Source: a virus. Taken from it: a stretch of DNA of 64,000 nt. The stretch covers positions 81,505-145,504 of the IMG/VR virus record IMGVR_UViG_3300020383_000006; one strand, written 5' to 3'. Below are positions 27,458 to 36,732 of the stretch, piece by piece. Position 1 is the first letter of the stretch, and every line of letters begins with the position of its first letter. The position numbers and the translations under genes are program-made. Below the pieces are notes generated by a model. It did no database searches. It was not told the origin of the DNA and was given only the letters and a program-made list of their open reading frames with translations.

Positions 27458-29575
27458 TTAAAAGAAATTAAATTCCATTGACTGATTGGTAGCATTGTAT
27501 TGTATTTTGCAACCTTCAGAACCATCAGCGCTACTATAAGAAGAAGCGTTATCTTTGTGGTCTAGTTCACCTAACATAACGTCATCAGTATCACTACGTA
27601 AAAATTGCGTTGAATTTACACCATCTAGGGAACCGGCATTTGTTGCATATTCGGCTTCGTCAGCAATACCTTTTAACCTTCCTTGAAAAACCTCAGCAAT
27701 TAGTTTTGCATTGGCAGATATACCATCACCCCAAAAAATAAATTCAGAGCCTGCCGAATCAGTATTACCATCAGTAACTTCTATTCTAGCGTCAGTACCA
27801 GTTATAAAATTTAAAAAATTGCCATACACAGCAAGCTGACCATTAACTTGCAAACTTTGGAAAATTGGCGTGCTGTCAGTATTAAGTTCTTGATCAGCAA
27901 AATTAACATGAGATGTAGTAATTGTGCCTAGTTCAGAATACGTAGGTTTACGCCCTCCGTGATACACATAATTACCATTTAATTTAATCTCAGCAGTTTC
28001 AGGGGTATTATCATTTGGAAATATAGTCCAAGTACCATCCCTTACATACGATTTCAACCCTGTTTCAACATTCTCATCATCGTAATCTCTTAAATATATG
28101 TATCTACCAAGCCTAGGACTTTCAAAGTATTCGCTTTGTGTACGCGCTATTTGGCTTGGGATACGAGCAGTACTTAAAGTACCAGTTGTAATGTTACTGG
28201 CATCATGGTTATGGCTAAGATTAGTTGTATATGAACTACCGTCTTGTTTAGAGAGCGTTAAAGTCCCATTACCGCTACCACTGATAGAGGTCAGGCTTCT
28301 ATCATAAGAAGTGTCCCAAAGTGATTTGTTATAGCCTGTTTTAGAGATTGAACCAGAAAAATAACTGGTTATTTCTGACTTTGTATTGTACCTTGAATCA
28401 TGGGTATGACTATCATTATCTACAGTAGCACTAATAGTGACGTTTGAAGAGCCGTCAAAGGACACAGAACCGCTTAAATCACCACTTAATGATATAGTCC
28501 TAGCCGTAGATAATTTAGTCGCTTGGTCTGCTGTAGACACCGCATCATTTATTTGAACATAAGAAGAACCAGACCATCTATACACGGACTCGGTATCTAA
28601 AGCCAAATACAATTTACCCGTTTCACCTGTTGCTGGAAACGCTGTTGTACTAGAATATTCCAATACATCATCAACGAAAGAAGGTAATTGTGAAGAAGGA
28701 ACAACGCCATTGGAATTTAGTGAAGCGTACCCATTAGCAACACCTTTATTTGAAGCTGATTCATACCCAGCTGAAGCGTGATTACCCCAAGAATAAGCTG
28801 TGTTCCAGTTAGAAAGGTTTAATGTAGGTTTACCGCTTATATTATTCCATTGCAAATTTGTTAAACCAGAACCATTACCTGAAATAACTCCACTGCTACT
28901 AATCCCCAATAATTCATTACCTGAGGAACTTCCCGCGTGACTTCTTATACTTAACCCATTGGGTACACCACTACCAACGTTTCTATTGGCAACTATACTA
29001 TAACCATAGTTATCCGTAGTAGAAGTTGCTATAGAAATCCCTACTTTACCATTATCAGTTAAAGCGGCAGGATCTACATGTAAGCCAGAATATTCAAAGT
29101 TATAAACGGAATCTGCTGTACTTTGTTTTACCTTAGTGGTCCCGAAATTAACATTACTTCCAATGTTCAGTGATTGGTTAGCAAAATTAACGTCACTAGT
29201 TGTAATAGTCGGTAAACGGGAAGAACTTAATGTACCACTAACTATGTCACTAGCATCATGATTATGCGAACTAGGTGTAAATGTACTTGGTACGTTGGTT
29301 AAATCGTTATATGAACCCGTTTTACCAACTGTACTTATTGTTGAATCTAATGCGTAACCAACTGAGGCATGATTGCCCCAAGAATAAGCGGTATCCCAAT
29401 TAGAAACTTGAGTAGAAGAAAATGGTAATCTAGCATAATCTATTGTACCAGAACTAATATTATTTGCGTTTATGTTATAAACGCCACTACCGTCACCTGA
29501 AATAATGCCTTTAACATTTAAATCATGTGTTACAGTTAATTTACCAAAAACTCTACTTGAACCTAAATCAGCCAT
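27458..29575 (-). CDS. tail fibre segment protein
   Basis: NWDTAYSWGNH, HNHDAS, KGVANGYASLN, ATKLSTARTISLSGD fibre motifs. Confidence 0.85.
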   Translation of the reverse strand: MADLGSSRVFGKLTVTHDLNVKGIISGDGSGVYNINANNISSGTIDYARLPFSSTQVSNWDTAYSWGNHASVGYALDSTISTVGKTGSYNDLTNVPSTFTPSSHNHDASDIVSGTLSSSRLPTITTSDVNFANQSLNIGSNVNFGTTKVKQSTADSVYNFEYSGLHVDPAALTDNGKVGISIATSTTDNYGYSIVANRNVGSGVPNGLSIRSHAGSSSGNELLGISSSGVISGNGSGLTNLQWNNISGKPTLNLSNWNTAYSWGNHASAGYESASNKGVANGYASLNSNGVVPSSQLPSFVDDVLEYSSTTAFPATGETGKLYLALDTESVYRWSGSSYVQINDAVSTADQATKLSTARTISLSGDLSGSVSFDGSSNVTISATVDNDSHTHDSRYNTKSEITSYFSGSISKTGYNKSLWDTSYDRSLTSISGSGNGTLTLSKQDGSSYTTNLSHNHDASNITTGTLSTARIPSQIARTQSEYFESPRLGRYIYLRDYDDENVETGLKSYVRDGTWTIFPNDNTPETAEIKLNGNYVYHGGRKPTYSELGTITTSHVNFADQELNTDSTPIFQSLQVNGQLAVYGNFLNFITGTDARIEVTDGNTDSAGSEFIFWGDGISANAKLIAEVFQGRLKGIADEAEYATNAGSLDGVNSTQFLRSDTDDVMLGELDHKDNASSYSSADGSEGCKIQYNATNQSMEFNFF

Positions 29576-29584
29576 TTAATTACC

Positions 29585-30001
29585 TTAACTTGTACTTGAT
29601 TCTTCTATAATATATTGTTCTTCTGCTAAATAATCTTCTTCGTCAGTTCCACCGACCGTAGGATCATAATCAGGTTGTGGTGGGTTATCCCTTCTTTTAG
29701 CAAAAAACAAATATGCTGAATGAACTGCGGCATATATTTCCGCGTATGTCATGTCCTTACCAATATATTTACCTGTTGATGGATCGACGATTCTTATAGT
29801 TAAATCCATTGTTTCAGGGGAAGATTCAACCTCAATCGATCCACTATCTTGGTTCATTACTGAACCGTCTTGTAGGTTTACACGTTTTTCTTCAACAAAT
29901 TTGACTTTTGGGTATGTTCCGAACTCATTTTCAATAACGATGCGTTTTGTTCTTACCCATGCTTCACCTGATATTGTTGTTTGTTTGTAATTCTCGGACA
30001 T
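29585..30001 (-). CDS. hypothetical fibre-associated protein
   Basis: Coupled ORF within the fibre block. Confidence 0.7.
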   Translation of the reverse strand: MSENYKQTTISGEAWVRTKRIVIENEFGTYPKVKFVEEKRVNLQDGSVMNQDSGSIEVESSPETMDLTIRIVDPSTGKYIGKDMTYAEIYAAVHSAYLFFAKRRDNPPQPDYDPTVGGTDEEDYLAEEQYIIEESSTS

Positions 30002-32925
30002 TATGCAATTACCTCTTTAATTTGGCCTCGGGTGTAGAGACAGTCTTTTGAGATTAAAACTTTACTGCCGCCTTGAACGGTTAATTTGTAAAGCGTTGCT
30101 ATTTCTTCAGAGCTTAATGCTCGGTTGTAAATTCGAATATCACGCATACCGCCAATTAGATTACTTCCGAACGTTGTAGTTTCAAGAATACCTGATGGAG
30201 TATCTGTCGAATCGACATTACCTGATGTTGCTGTTAGTTGACCATCGGTATAAATTTGAACAAGCATTTGAGACTGATCAAATACGAATACAATATGTTT
30301 CCATACATTATTTTGATTCGGTGCTCCATAAACGTAATGGTCGTTTTCTCCTCCGTTTAGATATAAAAGTGACTTGGTGGTTGAGCTATAAACAAACGTA
30401 TTTCCACGGTTGTAATTATTTACCTTTTGGTTTGTTCTGGAAACATCACTCGTCATAACCCAAGCACTAACAGTCCACAATTGCGGATCTTGTTTTATTT
30501 CTTCCGGAGTTTTCGCAGTGAAGTTGCTTGAGCCATTAAAAACACCACCATCAGCATTAAATGTGACTCCATTATTTGTACCGTGGTTGTCACCTAACAA
30601 GTCCTTTGTGTCATTTGTTAATGGGTACCAAGCAACAATATTTTTGGTTGGCCCTAGTTCCGAAAACGCGGGACTATTTACCCCTAATTCATTTATTCCA
30701 GGAACCGTTTTAGGTAAGATTTCGTGTTTAGAAAAACCATCAGGTATTGGTCCATTTCTTGTTACATATACATCGTCTACCCAACAAGCACCACTATTAT
30801 CTCTGTAGTTAAAAAGCCAAACAGAAGCTTCATAAGCTCCTTCAGGAATAGTTATATAAGAGTCGTATGTTTCCATCCATTCAGTAGGTTCAGGATGACT
30901 GAAATAACTATAACCAGCACCATAGAACACTAATCCAAAATAGAATTTTGCTCCTGACTCAGATTTAGTTACACAACGCCCATATATTTTTTCTCCAGGT
31001 TTTACTGAAAACCGTTCAGACCTTATTCTATTGTATGTACCGTCACCAGGAAAATATAAAGATTTAGATCCCTTATAACTTTCATCGTCAACCACATACA
31101 TGGAACCTGATTCAGCACTCCATCCTTCAGGAATTTCCCCTACTACAGAACCTTCAAAATTAGGGTTAACAACTAAATTATCCATTTCTTTTAAATTTGA
31201 TACAATTACTGAGCCATTACTATCAATAGAAGCTTTTGTTTGGTAAAGCTCTTTTATTTCCGGTTCTTTTAATGCAGTTGAAAAAACATTAATATCTTTT
31301 ATATTGCCATCGATTAAATAATTGTTATTCCAAGAATACAACCCAAATTGGACTTCTCCTGTCAGATTTAAAGGGTTAGTATATGTATGATCAATTACAT
31401 TCACCCCATTCTCATAAACTTTTATTCTTTTGTTTTTTATTGTTAACGTTATTTGTGTACCAACTGAAAATAATTTTGAACTTGGGACCCACGTTAAATT
31501 TGTTCCTTCATCAGACCAATACCTTACTCTAAGTGAGTTATTGCCTGATGCTGTTATAACTAACCCATTTTCATGTCCTCCAACACCCTTTAACTCAAGA
31601 AAACCTTGATAACTACTAATTGTTTCACTTTTAGCAATAAAAGAAACAGTAATTTCTTCAGGATCACCATTGATTCCTATTTGTTTAACTAACTTCTGCT
31701 CTCCATTGAAATGAAAAGATTTTTTTAAGTCTTTACTTAACGAAGGGGAAGTATCTAAATCAGGAACTAAGTCATATCCTTGGGTAGAACTGTCTGTAAT
31801 TAATCCAATTCTTTCGCCAACGACAAAATCTGTCGCATGGTCTTTCGGTTCAAGTTGAGGTGCGCAAAACCAAGTTCTTTGACCTTCCCCCTGCGGAGCT
31901 CCAAAACTAAATCTAAAAGATAAAGAATCCGATTGGCTGTCAGAAGGGTTTGTGAATGATGGCCAAATAATACGATGCCACTTTCCATCGTTAGGAACGG
32001 TTATGTATGATGAACTGTAACGCCCTGTTTCGCTATTATCTGCTGTGTAAAACCTAATTTGAAAATTGGGATCTACGGTTTTCACGTACAAAGAGGCTGT
32101 GTATGTTTGTCCAGGCAATTGCGGAGCATAATCTCCATAGGAATACCAGTAACCAATCTGATTATCTGAGTCTATAAAGCTAACAACTTGAGATTCAACA
32201 CCTTCTGGAGGATCAATGTCATTCCAACGTATATCTGCGCAGTAACCTTTACTCCATCCAGTATCCAGGTTTGTATTTTGGATAACGTTGACTGTCGGCT
32301 CTATAAAGCTGTCAGGTCTCAAATCCAAAATGGTTGCTTGGCTTAAATCGCGAACTTCTCTTTCTGACAAGGCATGATCGTAAATTCGAACGTCCTGTAT
32401 ATCCCCTAGAAGTACCCGTTCTGCCCCCCTAGAACCAATCCAAGTACTTGAGATATCCAACCGTGGTCTGGCTGCTACTACGGAACCTTTCAGGGCTCCG
32501 TTGACGTAGAGTAGATTGTGGGTGCCAGTATGAACAGCCGCAAAATGGAACCACTCGTTTTGTGGGTATTCCGGAGTAGTTACCAGGCTACTACCCCCGC
32601 CTTCGGCGTAGGTGAAGAAGCGGAACATGGAACTATAAAAATCCACCGCAAAGGTCGTCGAGGAATAGCTGGTAGACACAGAAACTAGAGTATCTGTACT
32701 TGATGCACCTGTGCCATTAAATTTCACCCACCCTGCGATACTAAATACTGCGAAAGGCTGAAGACCAGTAAGTTCCCCTAGAAAAATCCCGGTCTGACCA
32801 GACAGTCCAGCCGCTTGCCCAATCTTTCCATCAACCCAATTAACTCCACCGACAACCGTTCCGTGGTTATCACCAATAGAGTCCTTTGCATCACCGTCTA
32901 ATTTATAATGAGCTATTAAAGCCAT
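30001..32925 (-). CDS. multi-LamG/CBM fibre-associated protein, putative hinge
   Basis: LIAHYKLDG, WFHFAAV, DVRIYDHALS, DIRIYNRALS; NLVVNPNFEG CBM-like domain. Confidence 0.8.
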   Translation of the reverse strand: MALIAHYKLDGDAKDSIGDNHGTVVGGVNWVDGKIGQAAGLSGQTGIFLGELTGLQPFAVFSIAGWVKFNGTGASSTDTLVSVSTSYSSTTFAVDFYSSMFRFFTYAEGGGSSLVTTPEYPQNEWFHFAAVHTGTHNLLYVNGALKGSVVAARPRLDISSTWIGSRGAERVLLGDIQDVRIYDHALSEREVRDLSQATILDLRPDSFIEPTVNVIQNTNLDTGWSKGYCADIRWNDIDPPEGVESQVVSFIDSDNQIGYWYSYGDYAPQLPGQTYTASLYVKTVDPNFQIRFYTADNSETGRYSSSYITVPNDGKWHRIIWPSFTNPSDSQSDSLSFRFSFGAPQGEGQRTWFCAPQLEPKDHATDFVVGERIGLITDSSTQGYDLVPDLDTSPSLSKDLKKSFHFNGEQKLVKQIGINGDPEEITVSFIAKSETISSYQGFLELKGVGGHENGLVITASGNNSLRVRYWSDEGTNLTWVPSSKLFSVGTQITLTIKNKRIKVYENGVNVIDHTYTNPLNLTGEVQFGLYSWNNNYLIDGNIKDINVFSTALKEPEIKELYQTKASIDSNGSVIVSNLKEMDNLVVNPNFEGSVVGEIPEGWSAESGSMYVVDDESYKGSKSLYFPGDGTYNRIRSERFSVKPGEKIYGRCVTKSESGAKFYFGLVFYGAGYSYFSHPEPTEWMETYDSYITIPEGAYEASVWLFNYRDNSGACWVDDVYVTRNGPIPDGFSKHEILPKTVPGINELGVNSPAFSELGPTKNIVAWYPLTNDTKDLLGDNHGTNNGVTFNADGGVFNGSSNFTAKTPEEIKQDPQLWTVSAWVMTSDVSRTNQKVNNYNRGNTFVYSSTTKSLLYLNGGENDHYVYGAPNQNNVWKHIVFVFDQSQMLVQIYTDGQLTATSGNVDSTDTPSGILETTTFGSNLIGGMRDIRIYNRALSSEEIATLYKLTVQGGSKVLISKDCLYTRGQIKEVIA

Positions 32926-32926
32926 A

Positions 32927-35900
32927 TCATGCCCCTATAAAGTTAAAATCAAGTGACTTAGTTGATGAATTGTATTGGATTGCAAAGTCACCTAGTTTCA
33001 TCTGACCTTCACCACGTACCTGAACGTTACCATCAGTATCAATACTTTCTTGAGCATTCTGAACACCACCAGCCGCTAACGTATCAGTTCTTGTACCACC
33101 TTCAACTTGTAAACTGTTAATGCCGTCATCAGTTGCACCGCCAGTATGGATTTCAGCGTGTTTAACCGTTGAATTCGTATTTAGGTTTTGGTTAGCAAAA
33201 CTCGCTTTAGAATAATCAAGTACAGGAATTCTTGATGAACTTAAAACGCCCGAATTTATGTCACTTGCATCATGCGTATGTGATGAAGGATTATAAGAAC
33301 TAGGTTTATTTAAAAGATCATTCCAAGAACCTGTTTTACCAACAGTGCTTATAGAAGAATCTAAAGCATAACCCGCATTCGCGTGATTACCCCAAGAATA
33401 AGCAGTGTCCCAATTACCAGCATTCCAAGATGAATCAGTTTTTATTGCTGTTCTGGCTCTAGAAGTCGTAAAATATTGTCTAGAACCTTCAGACACATCG
33501 GTTGTACTTAATACAACCGCACCAATTTTACCGTTGACGCTATCAACTTTATCAGAACCATCAAGTTTAAACCAAGTATCAGCAATGTTATTGTATACGA
33601 TAGAGTCGCCAATAGCATACTGAACCGCGTTAATCGCCCCAGGAGCAGTTATTTTATAGAAAGCTGACCCTTCAGTCGGGGTCGGTGGAGTGCTCCCGCT
33701 AGAGGCATCCCATTCGCCCCCAAAGAACATACCACCGGATAAAGATTGAGCCGCTAATTGGGCTTCATCTCTATATTGCATTGCGTATTCAGAATAATGT
33801 TTAGCTGAATATTTCCCTGATTCTACTTCTACATCTTTAGTTTCTTCAGCCCATTTTTCTGATTTTAATTCACTTGAATGAGCGGCATTTTCACTGGCTA
33901 AAGCATTTGCTTCCGAAGTTGAAGCATTATCTTCACTTAGTTGAGCCGCGTTTTCGCTCGCTAAAGCATTAGATGCACTTGTAGATGCAGATGAAGCTGA
34001 ATTTTCTGCATCAATAGCCCAATGTTTAGCTGAATATTTACCTGATTCTACTTCTACCCCGTAATTATTTTCAGCCCAAGAATTTGCTTTTAATTCACTT
34101 GACTGAGCCGCGTTTTCACTTGCCAAGGCGTTTGCTTCAGAAGTTGAAGCCGCGTCTTCTGAATTAGAAGCAGAAAATTCACTGGCTGCCGCATTAGATT
34201 CAGAAGTTGAAGCCGCATTAGCTGAATTTTGTGCGTCAACTGCCCAGTGTCTAGCTGAATATTTTCCAGTTTCTACGGAATTACCGTAACTGTTGTCTGC
34301 CCAAGCCATCGCTTTATTTTCACTTGCTAAAGCATTTGCTTCAGAAGTATCAGCATTTGCTTCAGAAGTCGAAGCGGCATTTTCACTAGCCTTTGCATTT
34401 GCTTCTGAAGTTGAAGCCGCATTTTCACTGGCTAAAGCATTTGCTTCAGAAGTTGAAGCATTATTAGCCGCTGATATACTAATTTCTTGTGGAGCTATCC
34501 AGCTAGAACCCGTATAATATTTCAACACGTTTAAATTAGTATCGAAATAAGAAGAACCTTCTTGTAAAGAACCACCTTCATTATCAGTAGTTGGGTCGGA
34601 AGTTTTCCCTCCCAAATATCTTTTATCGAAACTTGTATACATACCAGAAACGCTATTTTCTAAATTAGTAACGTTTGTTTCTGATTGTAATACAATATTT
34701 TCGCTTGTTTTTGCGGCATTTTCACTTGCTAAGGCATTTGTTTCCGAGGTTGAAGCCGCATTTTCACTTGCTAATGCGTTTGCTTCAGAAGTTGAAGCAT
34801 TTGTTTCACTTGTTTTTGCCGCATTTTCGCTTGCTAATGCGTTTGCTTCCGAAGTTGACGCGTTATCTTCTGAAACTGATGCCGCCTGTTCACTCGCTAA
34901 AGCATTTGCCTCCGAAGCTGAAGCCGCATTTTCACTGTCTAAAGCATTTGACTCTGAAATAGAAGCGGCATTAGCTGAATTTTGTGCTTGCGTAGCATAA
35001 GTAGAAGCAACGTTTTCCGGAGCAACCCAATCAGTTCCTGTATAAAATTTAAGGACTTTATTCGTTGTGTTCCAATATACTGCACCATCAACTAAAGGAT
35101 CGCCATCATTATCAGTAGTTGGATCTGAGGTTAAAGAACCTAAGTATCTATCACCGAATTGATCAAATATTTGTTCAGCCGCTAATCTTGAACTTTCGGA
35201 GGCAGAAGCACTATCTGCAGCGTTCATTTCGGAAGTTGAAGCCGCTAAAGCACTATCTGAAGCATTTTGTTCACTAATAGAAGCATTATTTGCAGCAGTT
35301 AATGCTGTATTTTCGCTATTTTCAGCATTCGTTTCGCTCGCCGAAGCCGCTATTTCACTAGCCTTTGCATTAGTTTCACTTGTTTTAGCCGCTTGCTCAC
35401 TAGCTAAAGCATTTGTTTCTGAAGTTGAAGCCGCATTTTCGCTTGCTAATGCGTTAGATGCGCTTATACTTGCATTTGTTTCCGAAGTTTCTGCCGCCTG
35501 TTTACTCGCTAAAGCATTTGCTTCAGAAGTTTCAGCCGCTAATTGAGCATCAATAGCCTTTTCTTTATGGTGTAAAGCTGAATAACTTCCTGTTTCTACT
35601 TCTACATTTTCAGGGTTTTCAGCCCATTTCTGAGATTTATCTTCAGAAGAAGAAGCATTTGTCTCAGAAATACTTGCCGCATTAGCTGAACTTGATGCTT
35701 CTTGTGCTTTTATATCAGCAAATTGAGCTGAATCACTTGCGGCATTTTCACTTACTAAAGCATTATCTTCACTTGTTTTTGCCGCATTTTCACTAGCCTT
35801 TGCATTTGCTTCCGAGGTTGAAGCCGCTTGCTCACTTGCTAAAGCATTATCTTCACTTGTTTTTGCCGCATTTTCACTTGATAAGGCATTTGCCTCCGAA

Positions 35901-36691
35901 GCTGAAGCCGCATTTTCACTGTCTAAAGCATTTGTCTCAGAAATACTTGCCGCATTAGCTGAACTTGATGCTTCTTGTGCTTTTATATCAGCAAATTGGG
36001 CGGAGTTTAGTGATTCTTGTGCTTCGGTCTCAGCAAATTGTGCTGAACTAGCTGCTGCTTGCTCACTGGCTAAAGCGTAATCCGCAGAATCTTTTGCTGC
36101 TTGTTCACTAGCTAAAGCATAGTCTGCTGAATCTTCTGCTTCCCCAGCCGCTATTTCTGCTCTATCACCTGAAGCAATAGCCGTATCAATTAATTGCCAG
36201 TTAGCAATTTTATCTGAAAGGTAAGCTGTACCGCTATCATTAAGATAAAGTTCCAAAAATATATCAGGATCTTCAGAAGGAACTGCAAAATAAGAACCGT
36301 TACCAACTTCTTGCATTGCTTCATCAATGGTCGTATAGATACCGTTTCCAAGTAATTGGAGTTTTAACGCCCTATTTTCAGCTAGAATATCCTCTGAACG
36401 ATTTATAAGGGATCTAATCTTTTCAATAAGTTCAGCCAATTCAGCAGCTGTAGGAGCCGCTAAACAAGGTTGATCTACAACCGACCCATACGCCCAAGGT
36501 TTAACCAATTCTATCTTCTGGTTCCCTTGGTCGTCCTTAAACGTCGTTTTAATCTCAACAATAGGGTTATCAGCTATCTGCAAGAAACTATGATTCTTTA
36601 CATCTGACAACACATCTTGGAGCGTTTCATTAACGCTCACTATTGTTTCTTGATCAACTACCGAAACTTTTGTAGCATAGAAAAATGCCAT
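32927..36691 (-). CDS. long tail fibre with coiled-coil SE(A/T)NA heptad repeats
   Basis: Dozens of SEANALA/SENAAST heptads, DRYLG..SDPTTDN twice, VDSVNGKIGAVVL, NWDTAYSWGNH. Confidence 0.88.
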   Translation of the reverse strand: MAFFYATKVSVVDQETIVSVNETLQDVLSDVKNHSFLQIADNPIVEIKTTFKDDQGNQKIELVKPWAYGSVVDQPCLAAPTAAELAELIEKIRSLINRSEDILAENRALKLQLLGNGIYTTIDEAMQEVGNGSYFAVPSEDPDIFLELYLNDSGTAYLSDKIANWQLIDTAIASGDRAEIAAGEAEDSADYALASEQAAKDSADYALASEQAAASSAQFAETEAQESLNSAQFADIKAQEASSSANAASISETNALDSENAASASEANALSSENAAKTSEDNALASEQAASTSEANAKASENAAKTSEDNALVSENAASDSAQFADIKAQEASSSANAASISETNASSSEDKSQKWAENPENVEVETGSYSALHHKEKAIDAQLAAETSEANALASKQAAETSETNASISASNALASENAASTSETNALASEQAAKTSETNAKASEIAASASETNAENSENTALTAANNASISEQNASDSALAASTSEMNAADSASASESSRLAAEQIFDQFGDRYLGSLTSDPTTDNDGDPLVDGAVYWNTTNKVLKFYTGTDWVAPENVASTYATQAQNSANAASISESNALDSENAASASEANALASEQAASVSEDNASTSEANALASENAAKTSETNASTSEANALASENAASTSETNALASENAAKTSENIVLQSETNVTNLENSVSGMYTSFDKRYLGGKTSDPTTDNEGGSLQEGSSYFDTNLNVLKYYTGSSWIAPQEISISAANNASTSEANALASENAASTSEANAKASENAASTSEANADTSEANALASENKAMAWADNSYGNSVETGKYSARHWAVDAQNSANAASTSESNAAASEFSASNSEDAASTSEANALASENAAQSSELKANSWAENNYGVEVESGKYSAKHWAIDAENSASSASTSASNALASENAAQLSEDNASTSEANALASENAAHSSELKSEKWAEETKDVEVESGKYSAKHYSEYAMQYRDEAQLAAQSLSGGMFFGGEWDASSGSTPPTPTEGSAFYKITAPGAINAVQYAIGDSIVYNNIADTWFKLDGSDKVDSVNGKIGAVVLSTTDVSEGSRQYFTTSRARTAIKTDSSWNAGNWDTAYSWGNHANAGYALDSSISTVGKTGSWNDLLNKPSSYNPSSHTHDASDINSGVLSSSRIPVLDYSKASFANQNLNTNSTVKHAEIHTGGATDDGINSLQVEGGTRTDTLAAGGVQNAQESIDTDGNVQVRGEGQMKLGDFAIQYNSSTKSLDFNFIGA
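33850..36130. repeat. coding tandem repeats, 21-nt heptad / 42-nt double units in several blocks (bounds approximate)
   Basis: Recurrent gcattttcact(t/g)gctaaagcatttgcttc(a/c)gaagttgaagcc units. Confidence 0.9.
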
Positions 36692-36724
36692 ATTCTTAAA
36701 CCCTTATTCTTATCATATACAGTT

Positions 36725-36732
36725 TATTTATT
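36725..36732 (-). promoter_or_regulatory. late promoter variant AATAAATA
   Basis: Overlaps the stop of the 2470-aa gene, upstream of the 1254-aa fibre. Confidence 0.55.

Noticed and set aside
33850-36130. Regular DNA repeats as a possible CRISPR array
   Set aside because: The units are in-frame coding heptads without unique spacers.
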